Assembly: GCA_964639965.1 (NCBI GenBank) | Contig: CAZXGI010000005.1 | Coordinates: forward strand, 314-64,313 | Length of the DNA: 64,000 nucleotides | Direction: 5' to 3' | Origin: an uncultured Rhodospirillaceae bacterium | Lineage (GTDB): Bacteria; Pseudomonadota; Alphaproteobacteria; Rhodospirillales; UBA2165 | In this document: piece after piece, positions 1 through 8,802 of the stretch | How positions within the stretch are numbered: position 1 is the stretch's first letter | How the letters are laid out: each line of letters begins with the position of its first letter | The notes under the pieces: generated by a model | Seen by the model: the letters and a program-made list of their open reading frames with translations, nothing else | The model's database searches: none | Told to the model about the DNA's origin: nothing | Position numbers and translations under genes: made by a program

Positions 1-682
1 TTCGGATTGAAGGCTGTGTACCCTCGTTATGGATATCCCATGCATCAAAGTTTTCTAAAGGGCCCGCGTTCATAATAATTAAAGGAGGGTGGATTATCGG
101 CCCAGCATTCATTAAAGCTCCATCTAATAAATCCGTTATCTTTTCAGCTGCAGGGTAGGCCTTCTTGATCAAGCTAAAGGCAAGGCTTGTATTCTTTGAA
201 GGATAAATACCTGTTGGCAAACGGGTTGCGTAGACACTAATGCGGACATTATCTTCCCCATGTTTACGGGCAAGGTATGGTAATGTACCAGTTTCACCGA
301 AACTAATGTTTGCCTTATTTCCGGCCTCAATTGCCGCTTTAGCATAAATATAGCCGCCAAAGGAACCTGGTGGAAGATAACCGATTTGGCCTTCTTTCCA
401 ATGTGGCGCGAGTTTTGGCGCTAAAGTATCATGGGTATAGCATGGAAGAGGAAGGACAACGAGTTCTGCATCTTCCATTGCTAGGGGCAAAGAATCTGTT
501 ACGGCCGAAATGGTGACATCGCGTTTTCCTCTGGAATCAGTTAAGGTAATAATCTTTGAATCGATAACATGCCCAAATGCAGTGGCATTTCTCCGCCACA
601 ATCTCACATTATGGCCTTGTTCAGTTAGACTTACGGCCGATGCATAACAACCATGGCCTCCACCAATTACAGCAATTTCCAT
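1..682 (-). CDS. NAD(P)-dependent opine (octopine/nopaline-type) dehydrogenase family protein, N-terminal 227 codons; gene runs off the left edge
   Basis: Absent from the ORF track because no stop lies in the window. My reverse-strand translation from the ATG at 680-682 reads MEIAVIGGGHGCYASAVSLTEQGHNVRLWRRN (GxGxxG Rossmann start). It stays open to base 1 through FGETGTLPYLARKHG and NAGPIIHPPLIIMNAGPLENFDAWDIHNEGTQPSIR, a pattern I associate with the octopine_DH family. Confidence 0.65.
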   Translation of the reverse strand, partial: MEIAVIGGGHGCYASAVSLTEQGHNVRLWRRNATAFGHVIDSKIITLTDSRGKRDVTISAVTDSLPLAMEDAELVVLPLPCYTHDTLAPKLAPHWKEGQIGYLPPGSFGGYIYAKAAIEAGNKANISFGETGTLPYLARKHGEDNVRISVYATRLPTGIYPSKNTSLAFSLIKKAYPAAEKITDLLDGALMNAGPIIHPPLIIMNAGPLENFDAWDIHNEGTQPSIR

Positions 683-830
683 AAGTAGGTACCCTTAATC
701 TTTTCAACGTATCTTTTTGCTTCAGAATTAGGCTAAATTGTTTTGAATCAATTAGCAATATTAGCCATTTTTTTTACATATAGTAATTTTATGGTTATAA
801 CTGTCATAAAATTTGGGTCTGGGTAATCAG

Positions 831-1877
831 ATGGATGAAATCACTATACGCCGTCCAGACGACTGGCATGTACATTTAAGAGATGGATCAATGCTTGAGG
901 CTGTTGTGCCATTCACGGCTCGCCAATTCTCGAGAGCAATCGTTATGCCTAATTTAACGACGCCTGTAACGTCATCTGCCTTGGCATCAGATTACCGTCA
1001 AAGGATATTAAAAGTTTTACCCGATGGACCCGCATATGCAGATTTTATTCCTTTGATGACATGTTTCCTGACGGATGAGACGTTGGTCTCTGATTTAGCT
1101 CAAGGATATGCAGAAGGTGTATTTGCAGCAGCTAAATTGTACCCTGCTAATGCTACCACTAATTCAGCACAAGGCGTAACAGATATTAAAGCGCTTGATG
1201 GCCTCTTTGAAAAAATGCAAGAAATCGGAATGCCGCTTTTGGTTCACGGCGAAGTAACCGATCCGGCGGTCGATATTTTTGATAGGGAAGCTGTGTATAT
1301 TGAGCGAGTTCTTCTCTCAGTGACTAAAAAATTCCCACAACTCAAAATTGTAATGGAACATATAACGACGAGAGACGCCGTTGAATTTGTCAGAGCCAAC
1401 CAAAACCAGTTAGCTGCAACAATTACTGCACACCATTTGATACTTAATCGCAATGATATTTTTGAAGGAGGCATTCACCCTCACCGTTTTTGCCTTCCCG
1501 TTGCAAAACGAGAGGTCCATCGTTTAGCTATTCGCGAAGCAGCAACGTCGGGTGAAGCCTGTTTCTTTTTAGGGACTGATACGGCGCCACATCCTTCAAG
1601 TGATAAAGAGAACGCTTGCGGGTGTGCTGGTATTTTTACAGCGGCGAATGCGTTGGAACTTTATACTAAGGTTTTTGAAGAAGAGAATGCATTAGATAAA
1701 TTAGAGGGTTTTGCTTCATTATTTGGGCCGACCTTCTATGGGATGAATGTGAATGAAAGTTATGTGACCCTTGTAAAAGAAAAGTCTAGAATACCTGGCA
1801 CAATATCTGTATCAGATGGTAGCTCCATTAGACCTTTCAAAGCCGGGCAAATGATTGACTGGAAATTTTTAGGCTAA
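831..1877 (+). CDS. pyrC: dihydroorotase (E. coli-like class II type)
   Basis: ORF 813-1877. The first ATG (831) gives MDEITIRRPDDWHVHLRDG with the HxH metal motif. Also KLYPANATTNS, VMEHITT and FLGTDTAPH, and a length of about 348 aa. Confidence 0.9.
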   Translation: MDEITIRRPDDWHVHLRDGSMLEAVVPFTARQFSRAIVMPNLTTPVTSSALASDYRQRILKVLPDGPAYADFIPLMTCFLTDETLVSDLAQGYAEGVFAAAKLYPANATTNSAQGVTDIKALDGLFEKMQEIGMPLLVHGEVTDPAVDIFDREAVYIERVLLSVTKKFPQLKIVMEHITTRDAVEFVRANQNQLAATITAHHLILNRNDIFEGGIHPHRFCLPVAKREVHRLAIREAATSGEACFFLGTDTAPHPSSDKENACGCAGIFTAANALELYTKVFEEENALDKLEGFASLFGPTFYGMNVNESYVTLVKEKSRIPGTISVSDGSSIRPFKAGQMIDWKFLG

Positions 1878-1896
1878 TTTTTTTGAAGGATAGATT

Positions 1897-2895
1897 TTGA
1901 CAAATAAATTCGACGCGCTAGTGCTTGAAAAGACCGATGATATTTTAACTTCGTCTGTTGAAGCTTTAAGCTTGGATGACCTCCCTGACGGGGATGTAGT
2001 TATCGCAGTTGATTATTCAACTCTTAATTACAAAGATGGTTTAATTCTCAAAGGGCAGGGTGGTTTGGTACGTGCTTATCCCCATGTACCGGGAGTGGAT
2101 TGTTCTGGAGTTGTTGAAAGTTCTGATAGTCCTAATTTTGAACCTGGTGATCGTGTTGTGCTCAATGGTTGGCGATTTGGTGAGATTTGTTGGGGTGGTT
2201 ATGCGCAAAAGGCACGGGTAAAGTCCAACCAATTGATAAAGTTGCCAAATAATATTTCAACTCGACAAGCGATGGCAATTGGCACTGCAGGTTATACCGC
2301 AATGTTGGCAGTGATGGCTCTAGAAGATCAGGGCCTTACTCCAGATGCAGAAGGAGAAGTTTTAGTTACTGGTGCTGCTGGGGGTGTTGGTAGTATTTCG
2401 ACGGCAATCCTAGCAAAACTTGGTTATGAGGTTGTGGCGTTAACAGGCCGCAATAAGGCGTCCGATTATTTAAAATTTTTAGGGGCTTCCAGCATAATCA
2501 GCAGGCAGGAACTAGAGCAACCACTAAAGGGACCTCTTTCTAGTGAGCGATGGGTGGGTGCAATCGATAATGTTGGAGGCATTATATTATCAAATTTGTT
2601 GTCCAGTATGAAGTACCATAGCAGTGTAGCTTCGATTGGCCTAGCTGCCTCTCCTAAGTTGGAGACGACTGTTGTTCCATTTATAATTCGTGGAATTAGG
2701 CTTCTTGGGATAGATTCAGTCATGTGTCCGATAGATCGAAGGATTTTAGCTTGGGATCGGTTATCAAAGGATTTGCCGCAGGACAAACTTGAGAAAACTA
2801 TAAAAGTTGCTAAATTAGCAACGATCGCGCAATACGCTGAAGATATTTTAGCCGGTAAGGTCCAAGGTCGGATTATTGTTGATGTGAATAAATAA
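1897..2895 (+). CDS. YhdH/AcuI-type MDR oxidoreductase (NADPH quinone / acrylyl-CoA reductase family)
   Basis: 332 aa with a TTG start. Contains STLNYKDGL, PHVPGVDCSG and the nucleotide-binding VLVTGAAGGVGS, and lacks the zinc-ligand Cys cluster. The architecture matches the YhdH/YhfP subgroup. Confidence 0.8.
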   Translation: MTNKFDALVLEKTDDILTSSVEALSLDDLPDGDVVIAVDYSTLNYKDGLILKGQGGLVRAYPHVPGVDCSGVVESSDSPNFEPGDRVVLNGWRFGEICWGGYAQKARVKSNQLIKLPNNISTRQAMAIGTAGYTAMLAVMALEDQGLTPDAEGEVLVTGAAGGVGSISTAILAKLGYEVVALTGRNKASDYLKFLGASSIISRQELEQPLKGPLSSERWVGAIDNVGGIILSNLLSSMKYHSSVASIGLAASPKLETTVVPFIIRGIRLLGIDSVMCPIDRRILAWDRLSKDLPQDKLEKTIKVAKLATIAQYAEDILAGKVQGRIIVDVNK

Positions 2896-2994
2896 AGACA
2901 TTCTATTTTCTTACTTTTGTATTAAATTATTGCGTAATAAGATTGGGTTACTTAATTTATGTAATGAACTAAATAATTAAAGGATATTGATAAA

Positions 2995-3471
2995 ATGGGT
3001 TTAATTCCAGACTGGCTGGTTGATGGCGTAAATGATGCATTTCCAAAAAATGTATGCCTTGTTGGTGTTGTCCTAGACGATGGGTTTGCACAAATTAGTC
3101 CAAGAGGCAGTGTTGTTGTTTATGATGAGAATACTATAGCGATATGGGATCGTGGAAGCGGAAGACCCCATAAGGGTCGAACTACTGAAACAGTTGTTAA
3201 TGGAACAAAAATGACGGTTTATTTTCGGAATCCCGAATTTGGAAGCAGAGGTGGGAATGGTCTGCTCCCTGGGGGAGGTATTGCCCGATTTTATGGTTCG
3301 GCCGAAATACATACTGAGGATGGTGAAGTTCGTGAAAAGGTATGGAATACTATGCACCCAAAAGAAAGAGAGAATGATGCTGAAAAAAAAGGATATGCGG
3401 TGTTAATCCACTTAGAACGAGCAGAACAGCTAAATAATAAACCTTTGAATGACCTCCCGGGGCCAAGTTAA
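2995..3471 (+). CDS. pyridoxamine 5'-phosphate oxidase-like FMN-binding split-barrel protein
   Basis: 158 aa. VCLVGVVLDDGFAQISPRGSVVVYDENTIAIWDRGSG resembles PNPOx-family N-terminal strands. Assigned by pattern only. Confidence 0.5.
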   Translation: MGLIPDWLVDGVNDAFPKNVCLVGVVLDDGFAQISPRGSVVVYDENTIAIWDRGSGRPHKGRTTETVVNGTKMTVYFRNPEFGSRGGNGLLPGGGIARFYGSAEIHTEDGEVREKVWNTMHPKERENDAEKKGYAVLIHLERAEQLNNKPLNDLPGPS

Positions 3472-3528
3472 ATATTAAGTAGGTGAAGACAAGCATTGAT
3501 AGCCAATTTGTCGATGTTCGATAAATTG

Positions 3529-5388
3529 TTAAGGATTTTCTGATTTTGCTATTTCAACAGACTGATTACGTTCTAACGTTTCTTTGGCTCTTTCTGCCTT
3601 TTGTTGACGAGACCACATGTCTGCATAATATCCCCCGTTTTTAAGAAGTTCTGGGTGTTTCCCTTGTTCAATAATACACCCTTTTTCTAGTACAAAAATT
3701 TTATCGACATCTATTATTGTTGAAAGCCGGTGAGTAATTATTATAGCAGTCCGGTTTATTGCTACTTCGCGTAATGATTGCTGAATCTCTCTTTCAGTGT
3801 GGCTATCAAGCGCCGATGTCGCCTCGTCAAACACTAAAATCTTAGGGTTTTTTAAAATAGTTCTAGCAATAGCTACGCGTTGCTTTTCACCTCCAGATAG
3901 TTTTAGGCCCCGTTCTCCAACACGGGTATTGTAACCGTCAGGGGTACTGGCAATAAAATTATGTATTGCGGCAAGGTTTGCGGCTTCTTCAACCTCAGAA
4001 GGAGTGGCATCAGGTCGACCATAAGAAATATTATAAAAGATTGTGTCATTAAATAAAACTGTATCCTGCGGGACGATGCCAATCGCTGCTCTTACCGATT
4101 CTTGTGTAACTTCCCGTATATCTTGTCCATCTATTAGAATACGCCCTTGGGTAAGATCGTAAAAACGATAAAGTAGTCTCGAAATTGTCGATTTACCCGC
4201 TCCAGATGAGCCAACTATAGCTATAGTCTGTCCTGATTCTACAATCAGTGATAAATTTTTAAGGATTGGGCGCTTCGGTTCATAGTGAAACGAGACGTTT
4301 TCGAGTATGACTTTACTACCGGTTAAGTTAAGTTTTCTTGCATCTGGATGATCTTTTATTTCTGTTCTTTTTTGAAGCAAACTAAACATTTCATCCATAT
4401 CGGTAAGAGATTGTTTAATCTCCCGATAAACGAATCCAAGAAAATTTAACGGAAGGAAAAGCTGAATTAGGTAGGTATTGACCAGAACAAAATCACCTAT
4501 TGTCATCGTTTTGGCCTGTACATCAAAACCGGCCATCAACATCAAAATCGTCATGCCTATCGAAATTACCGCTCCTTGGCCTACATTTAGAAGTGAAAGC
4601 GAAACTTTACTTTTAATTGCTGATTTTTCATAAGAACGCAGAGCGCTGTCAAATCGACTGGCTTCATGTTCTTCATTACAAAAATATTTTACCGTTTCAT
4701 AATTGAGGAGTGAGTCGATAGCCTTAGTATTTGCCTCACCATCCATTTTGTTCATTTGACGTCGGTATTTAAGACGCCAATCTGTGACTGTAATGGTCCA
4801 ATATATATAGATATTGACAGTGATAAATGTCACGAGTGCATACCAAATATCAAATAAACCCCACATTATTGCGCAGACCAAAATTAGTTCCAAAAGCGTT
4901 GGGATAACGTTAAAGAGCATAAAATTGAGCAGAAAATCGATACCTTTGGTACCCCGTTCCACAGCTCTCGATAATCCTCCTGTTTGCCGATCAAGATGAA
5001 AACGTAAAGCTAAATTATGTAAATGCCGGAAAGTCTTTAAGCCTGCTTTACGAATGGCACTCTGAGCTACTTTAGCAAATATTGCATCGCGAAACTCCCC
5101 GAAGGCCAGTGATAACGTGCGTGCTAATCCATACGAAATTATAATGCTGACAGGAACGATTACGATTATCGCTTGATTATCAGAGATGGTATCAATAGCT
5201 AGTTTATAAAGAATGGGTGCGCCTGCGCTTATGCCTTTAGCTAATGCAAGAAACAAAAGGGCCAAAAGGACGCGCAATCTCATCTCGAGAGCATTTTTTG
5301 GCCATAAGTATGGGAGTAAGGTTTTCAGCGTTCGCAGGTCGCTGCCAGGGTTGTGCGGAATTTTCTCAGTCGCATCTGACGAAGGCAT
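3529..5388 (-). CDS. ABC transporter, fused permease/ATPase, ATM1/HMT1 (ABCB7-like) exporter type
   Basis: 619 aa with a six-TM N-terminal half. Walker A GSSGAGKST, ABC signature LSGGEKQRVAIAR, Walker B ILVFDEATSALD. Confidence 0.9.
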   Translation of the reverse strand: MPSSDATEKIPHNPGSDLRTLKTLLPYLWPKNALEMRLRVLLALLFLALAKGISAGAPILYKLAIDTISDNQAIIVIVPVSIIISYGLARTLSLAFGEFRDAIFAKVAQSAIRKAGLKTFRHLHNLALRFHLDRQTGGLSRAVERGTKGIDFLLNFMLFNVIPTLLELILVCAIMWGLFDIWYALVTFITVNIYIYWTITVTDWRLKYRRQMNKMDGEANTKAIDSLLNYETVKYFCNEEHEASRFDSALRSYEKSAIKSKVSLSLLNVGQGAVISIGMTILMLMAGFDVQAKTMTIGDFVLVNTYLIQLFLPLNFLGFVYREIKQSLTDMDEMFSLLQKRTEIKDHPDARKLNLTGSKVILENVSFHYEPKRPILKNLSLIVESGQTIAIVGSSGAGKSTISRLLYRFYDLTQGRILIDGQDIREVTQESVRAAIGIVPQDTVLFNDTIFYNISYGRPDATPSEVEEAANLAAIHNFIASTPDGYNTRVGERGLKLSGGEKQRVAIARTILKNPKILVFDEATSALDSHTEREIQQSLREVAINRTAIIITHRLSTIIDVDKIFVLEKGCIIEQGKHPELLKNGGYYADMWSRQQKAERAKETLERNQSVEIAKSENP

Positions 5389-5588
5389 CTATTTTCCCGA
5401 ATGTTAAAGTTTTTTTTGAAATTAAGGCGCTTAATATTGTTTTACTAGTAATATTTTTTAATAAAAAAACTTTGTTAGTGAATCTTTTAAATTGAAACCA
5501 TTATTAGTTCAAACTTCCACTACTCTTCAAAGATAATAAGTTAACTAAGACCAACATCACTCATCGTTCTCGCGCAGGCCTTAATATC

Positions 5589-5909
5589 CTACTCAGTACG
5601 GTATATGAGATGATAGCCAAAGACTGTTTCAACCACGTCGCTAATCGCTCCGACTTCTAGTTCAAATGCAGCTTGATCAAATTCTGGAACCATCGCGCCT
5701 CTACCGAAATTGCCCAAGTCACCTCCTTGTCTTGCTGAAGGGCAATCCGAATGTTCACCTGCGACTTGTTCGAAAGGGGTACCATCCTCAATATTAGCTT
5801 TCAGCGCACTAATTTGTTTCATGGCATCCTCAGCCGTGAGTTGAGTATTTGCTTGAGGGGCATCTGCGTGATTAATAAGTATGTGTGAAGCACGGATTTG
5901 ATCTGACAT
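5589..5909 (-). CDS. parvulin-type peptidyl-prolyl cis-trans isomerase (PpiC-like)
   Basis: 106 aa. ASHILI start of the rotamase domain, then SARQGGDLGNFGRGAMVPEFDQAAF and FGYHLI. Confidence 0.85.
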   Translation of the reverse strand: MSDQIRASHILINHADAPQANTQLTAEDAMKQISALKANIEDGTPFEQVAGEHSDCPSARQGGDLGNFGRGAMVPEFDQAAFELEVGAISDVVETVFGYHLIYRTE

Positions 5910-6119
5910 ATTTTTCTCCTTAGTACTAAAATTATGGGTGAATTGAGGCCAAGCATAACATACTGTGGCTACACAATGGGGTTTCCTTATAGGATTGGCA
6001 CAGAATATTCAACAAGCTTTTGAAACAAATTTTAAATTAAATTGTGCACACGTGTGAGTTGTTCATGATACACCTTTGGAGGCTCAAATTATAATTGATG
6101 CAATAGCTCAATCTGAAAT

Positions 6120-6441
6120 TAAATGCCGTCGTCAGGCATCCCAAATGAGCCCAGAACTGGTATTATGCACAGTATTATTCCTAGCAAATTAAAAACAGAA
6201 GATTAGCAAACTTCATCAATATTGATTGAAAATTTTTCCGGCATGCCGCAGGCTTTTGATATGACAACTGGATACGACCGGATCGTAGATGAAGGTGAAG
6301 ATTATGCGAAACGTCTAATTGAAGTTGGTATTCCTGTAACTCAATAAGTGTCATGAAGGCATGATCCACGGCTTTATTACTATGGGTAAAGTGATAAAAG
6401 AAGCAAACGTGTCTATCTTGGAAATTGCCAAATTCGCCTAA
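6120..6441 (+). pseudogene. C-terminal remnant of an alpha/beta-hydrolase (HSL/Aes-type esterase), with in-frame stop and frameshift
   Basis: My translation gives ...SIIPSKLKTED*QTSSILIENFSGMPQAFDMTTGYDRIVDEGEDYAKRLIEVGIPVTQ* (stop at 6345-6347). It continues in the +1 frame as HEGMIHGFITMGKVIKEANVSILEIAKFA* (stop at 6439-6441). D-x-L-x-DEG...YA..L...G.PV...GMIHGF is the canonical C-terminus of fold-3 esterases. The left boundary is approximate. Confidence 0.55.
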
Positions 6442-6637
6442 GACGCTTTTGAGTTATAGGATTTACAATATCTACCTTTGGTTGATTTGTTTTTGATTCT
6501 TTTTTTTTTGTTCAGTTTTAACAGCAGATTTTGGCGAGAGTTTTCTCGTATTACGATAAGTTATTAAAAGTAAAAGTTTATAAAATTGAGCATTCTCAAG
6601 ACTACCAAAATTATAGTTTTTATGCCAGAATCTGTTA

Positions 6638-7795
6638 ATGAAGAAACTAATTATTGTGCTTTGCGTATCGCCAATTTTATTTTTTATTAGCAATAGAGAG
6701 GTGTTGGGTTTGCCTCCTTGTCCAGCACACATTAATCCTTCTCCTTCTCATTGGTCAGAGTGTTTTGGCACTTACACTTATGCAAATGGCAATAAATACG
6801 AAGGAGAATATCAGAATGGTAAACGAAATGGCCAGGGTACCTTCACATTCGCAGATGGGGAGAAATATGTTGGAGAATTTAAAGATGGTAATTATCACGG
6901 CAAAAGCATTTATACGTTCGCTAACGGTGACAAATATGTAGGACAATGGCAAGATGGTAAGTTTAATGGTCTTGGCACTTTTTTTTATTTAGCGGAGAAT
7001 GAGGTTAAAGGTGATAAGTATGTTGGCGAGTGGAAGGATGGTGAATTCTTTGGCCAAGGAAAATATTTTTATTTAGCTGCCAACGAGTTTAAAGGAGATG
7101 TTTATGTTGGTGAGATAAAAAATGGAAAGCCAAATGGACAGGGCATTTATACCTACAGCTCAAGGTCAAAGTTTGCTGGTGACTTATACAAAGGTGAGGT
7201 GGAGGATGGCAAACCCAATGGTCAGGGTATTTATACCTTTGCAAATGGGAAGAAATATGTTGGTGAATTTCGAAAAGGTAAGCAGACTGGACGTGGGGCA
7301 TATACGTTTTTTTCGCCATCACTATTTGCCGGAGATGTTTATGTTGGTGATGTTAAGGATGGAAAACCTAGTGGACAAGGGACGTATACCTGGGGTCCCT
7401 CTTCGGAATTTGTAGGTGATAGTTATACCGGAGAATGGAAGAATGGAAAAAAGAACGGACAAGGTATTTATACTTTTGCCGATGGAAGGATTCAGGAAGG
7501 AATTTGGGAAAATAACAGTTTCAAATATGCCCAAAAAACTAGGCGATCTAGGATTGTTCAGGAATCAATCGAGCAGTCAGCTGAAGTAAAGAAGGAAATA
7601 GAAGATCTCAAGAAATTACAGAAGAAAATGGCAGGATTAGAACGTTGGAATACACAAAACACTCAACGTATCAAAAATACAGAGCAGCAAAAAGAGCCTG
7701 TAGAAAATGAAAATACCAAGGTAGATCGTGATTCCCTTATATCTAAATTACAAGAGTGGTGGTCTTCTTTGTTTGGATCTAGCGATAAACCTTAG
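6638..7795 (+). CDS. secreted or anchored MORN-repeat protein with charged C-terminal tail
   Basis: 385 aa. N-terminal MKKLIIVLCVSPILFFIS hydrophobic segment, then 9-10 repeats of YxGExxxGKxNGQGxYTF. The C-terminal tail is Lys/Glu/Gln-rich and predicted helical. Confidence 0.8.
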   Translation: MKKLIIVLCVSPILFFISNREVLGLPPCPAHINPSPSHWSECFGTYTYANGNKYEGEYQNGKRNGQGTFTFADGEKYVGEFKDGNYHGKSIYTFANGDKYVGQWQDGKFNGLGTFFYLAENEVKGDKYVGEWKDGEFFGQGKYFYLAANEFKGDVYVGEIKNGKPNGQGIYTYSSRSKFAGDLYKGEVEDGKPNGQGIYTFANGKKYVGEFRKGKQTGRGAYTFFSPSLFAGDVYVGDVKDGKPSGQGTYTWGPSSEFVGDSYTGEWKNGKKNGQGIYTFADGRIQEGIWENNSFKYAQKTRRSRIVQESIEQSAEVKKEIEDLKKLQKKMAGLERWNTQNTQRIKNTEQQKEPVENENTKVDRDSLISKLQEWWSSLFGSSDKP

Positions 7796-7802
7796 GAGTT
7801 TT

Positions 7803-8654
7803 ATGAAAAAAGGTAAGTTCATATTTCTGGTAGTTTTATTCATTCTTATTTCGAGTGTTTCAACGAGTGAGCCCATTTCGTTTTCTAACTTAGAGGAACG
7901 AAATAATCTTTACTATAAAAAATCTTCCGATATACCATTTAGTGGACAAGTTAAAGGTATTAAAAATGGAAGAGTGTTTAACGGAAAAATTGTTGGTCTT
8001 TGGATAGCTTATTTGACGAATGGCAATTTGCGTTACAAAGCGAATTATAAAAATGGGAAACTTGATGGTCTATGGGAGTTTTATCACAAAAATGGTAGGC
8101 TGCATGAGGTAGGTAATTATAAGAATGGAAAAAAATATGGTGTTTGGTCCACTTATTTTAAAAATGGTCAATTAAGTTATAAGGCATCTTACAAAGAAGA
8201 CAGAGAGGACGGTCCTTTTAATTCTTATTCATCGGATGATGGCCGACTGCTATGGAAGGGTTTTTATAAGAATGGGAAAAGAGATGGGGTCTGGGAGTAT
8301 TACTACCAAAATGGACAGATAGAGATAAAGGATCATTATAAAGAAGGGAAAAAAGATGGTCCTTGGGAGTATTATTATCCGGGAGGGAAATTGCATTCGA
8401 AAGGTAGCTACTTAAATGGAAAAAAAGATGGAATTATGGAATGGTTTCACAGGAACGGTAAATTGAAAAGTATAGGAAGTTATAAAAAGGGGCGACGTGA
8501 AGGAGGGCTTTGGAAAACGTATAATATGAAAGGCCAGCTAAAAACTAAAGGCTACTATAAGAACGGAAAGAAAAATGGTCCTTGGGAGGTTTACGACGAG
8601 GACGGGCAGTTAGAACGACAAAGAAACTATATAAATGGTAAAGAAATTAAATAA
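7803..8654 (+). CDS. secreted MORN-variant (YwqK-type) repeat protein
   Basis: The ORF track starts at 7728, but the ATG at 7803 is preceded by AGGAG (7794-7798) and gives MKKGKFIFLVVLFILISSVSTSEP, a signal peptide. About 10 repeats of YKNGKKDGxWxxYYxNGxL follow. Confidence 0.8.
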   Translation: MKKGKFIFLVVLFILISSVSTSEPISFSNLEERNNLYYKKSSDIPFSGQVKGIKNGRVFNGKIVGLWIAYLTNGNLRYKANYKNGKLDGLWEFYHKNGRLHEVGNYKNGKKYGVWSTYFKNGQLSYKASYKEDREDGPFNSYSSDDGRLLWKGFYKNGKRDGVWEYYYQNGQIEIKDHYKEGKKDGPWEYYYPGGKLHSKGSYLNGKKDGIMEWFHRNGKLKSIGSYKKGRREGGLWKTYNMKGQLKTKGYYKNGKKNGPWEVYDEDGQLERQRNYINGKEIK

Positions 8655-8802
8655 ATTCAATTCTGATGCCAGCTGCTTGCCAGCGATATTTGGATGACCG
8701 TTAAAAAAATATAGAATAACTCATTGGTATTATTAAGATTATTTATTTCACTGCTGATTTAGAATATTGGAAATTATATAATATCCCGAATTTGCAGAGA
8801 TT

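Noticed and set aside
169-360. 63-aa ORF on the - strand near the left edge
   Set aside because: It is in a different frame from the opine-dehydrogenase-like gene. That gene reads open from 682 to base 1 and has recognisable motifs.
6472-6732. 86-aa ORF on the - strand upstream of or overlapping the MORN gene start
   Set aside because: Its translation is dominated by Lys/Asn/Gln from A/T runs. It overlaps the signal-peptide region of the MORN gene and has no supporting features.
6780-7500. Periodic DNA repeats that could be mistaken for a repeat array or CRISPR
   Set aside because: The periodicity is the 23-residue (about 69-bp) MORN coding repeat. The units are degenerate at the DNA level, in frame and lack unique spacers. 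The alternative-frame ORFs at 6654-6941, 7089-7322 and 7122-7415 are by-products.
7728-7802. Upstream extension of the YwqK-type ORF, and its pipeline label of toxin-antitoxin antitoxin
   Set aside because: The extension overlaps the preceding gene and lacks an RBS, whereas the ATG at 7803 has AGGAG and yields a signal peptide. No toxin partner is present, so there is no TA system here.
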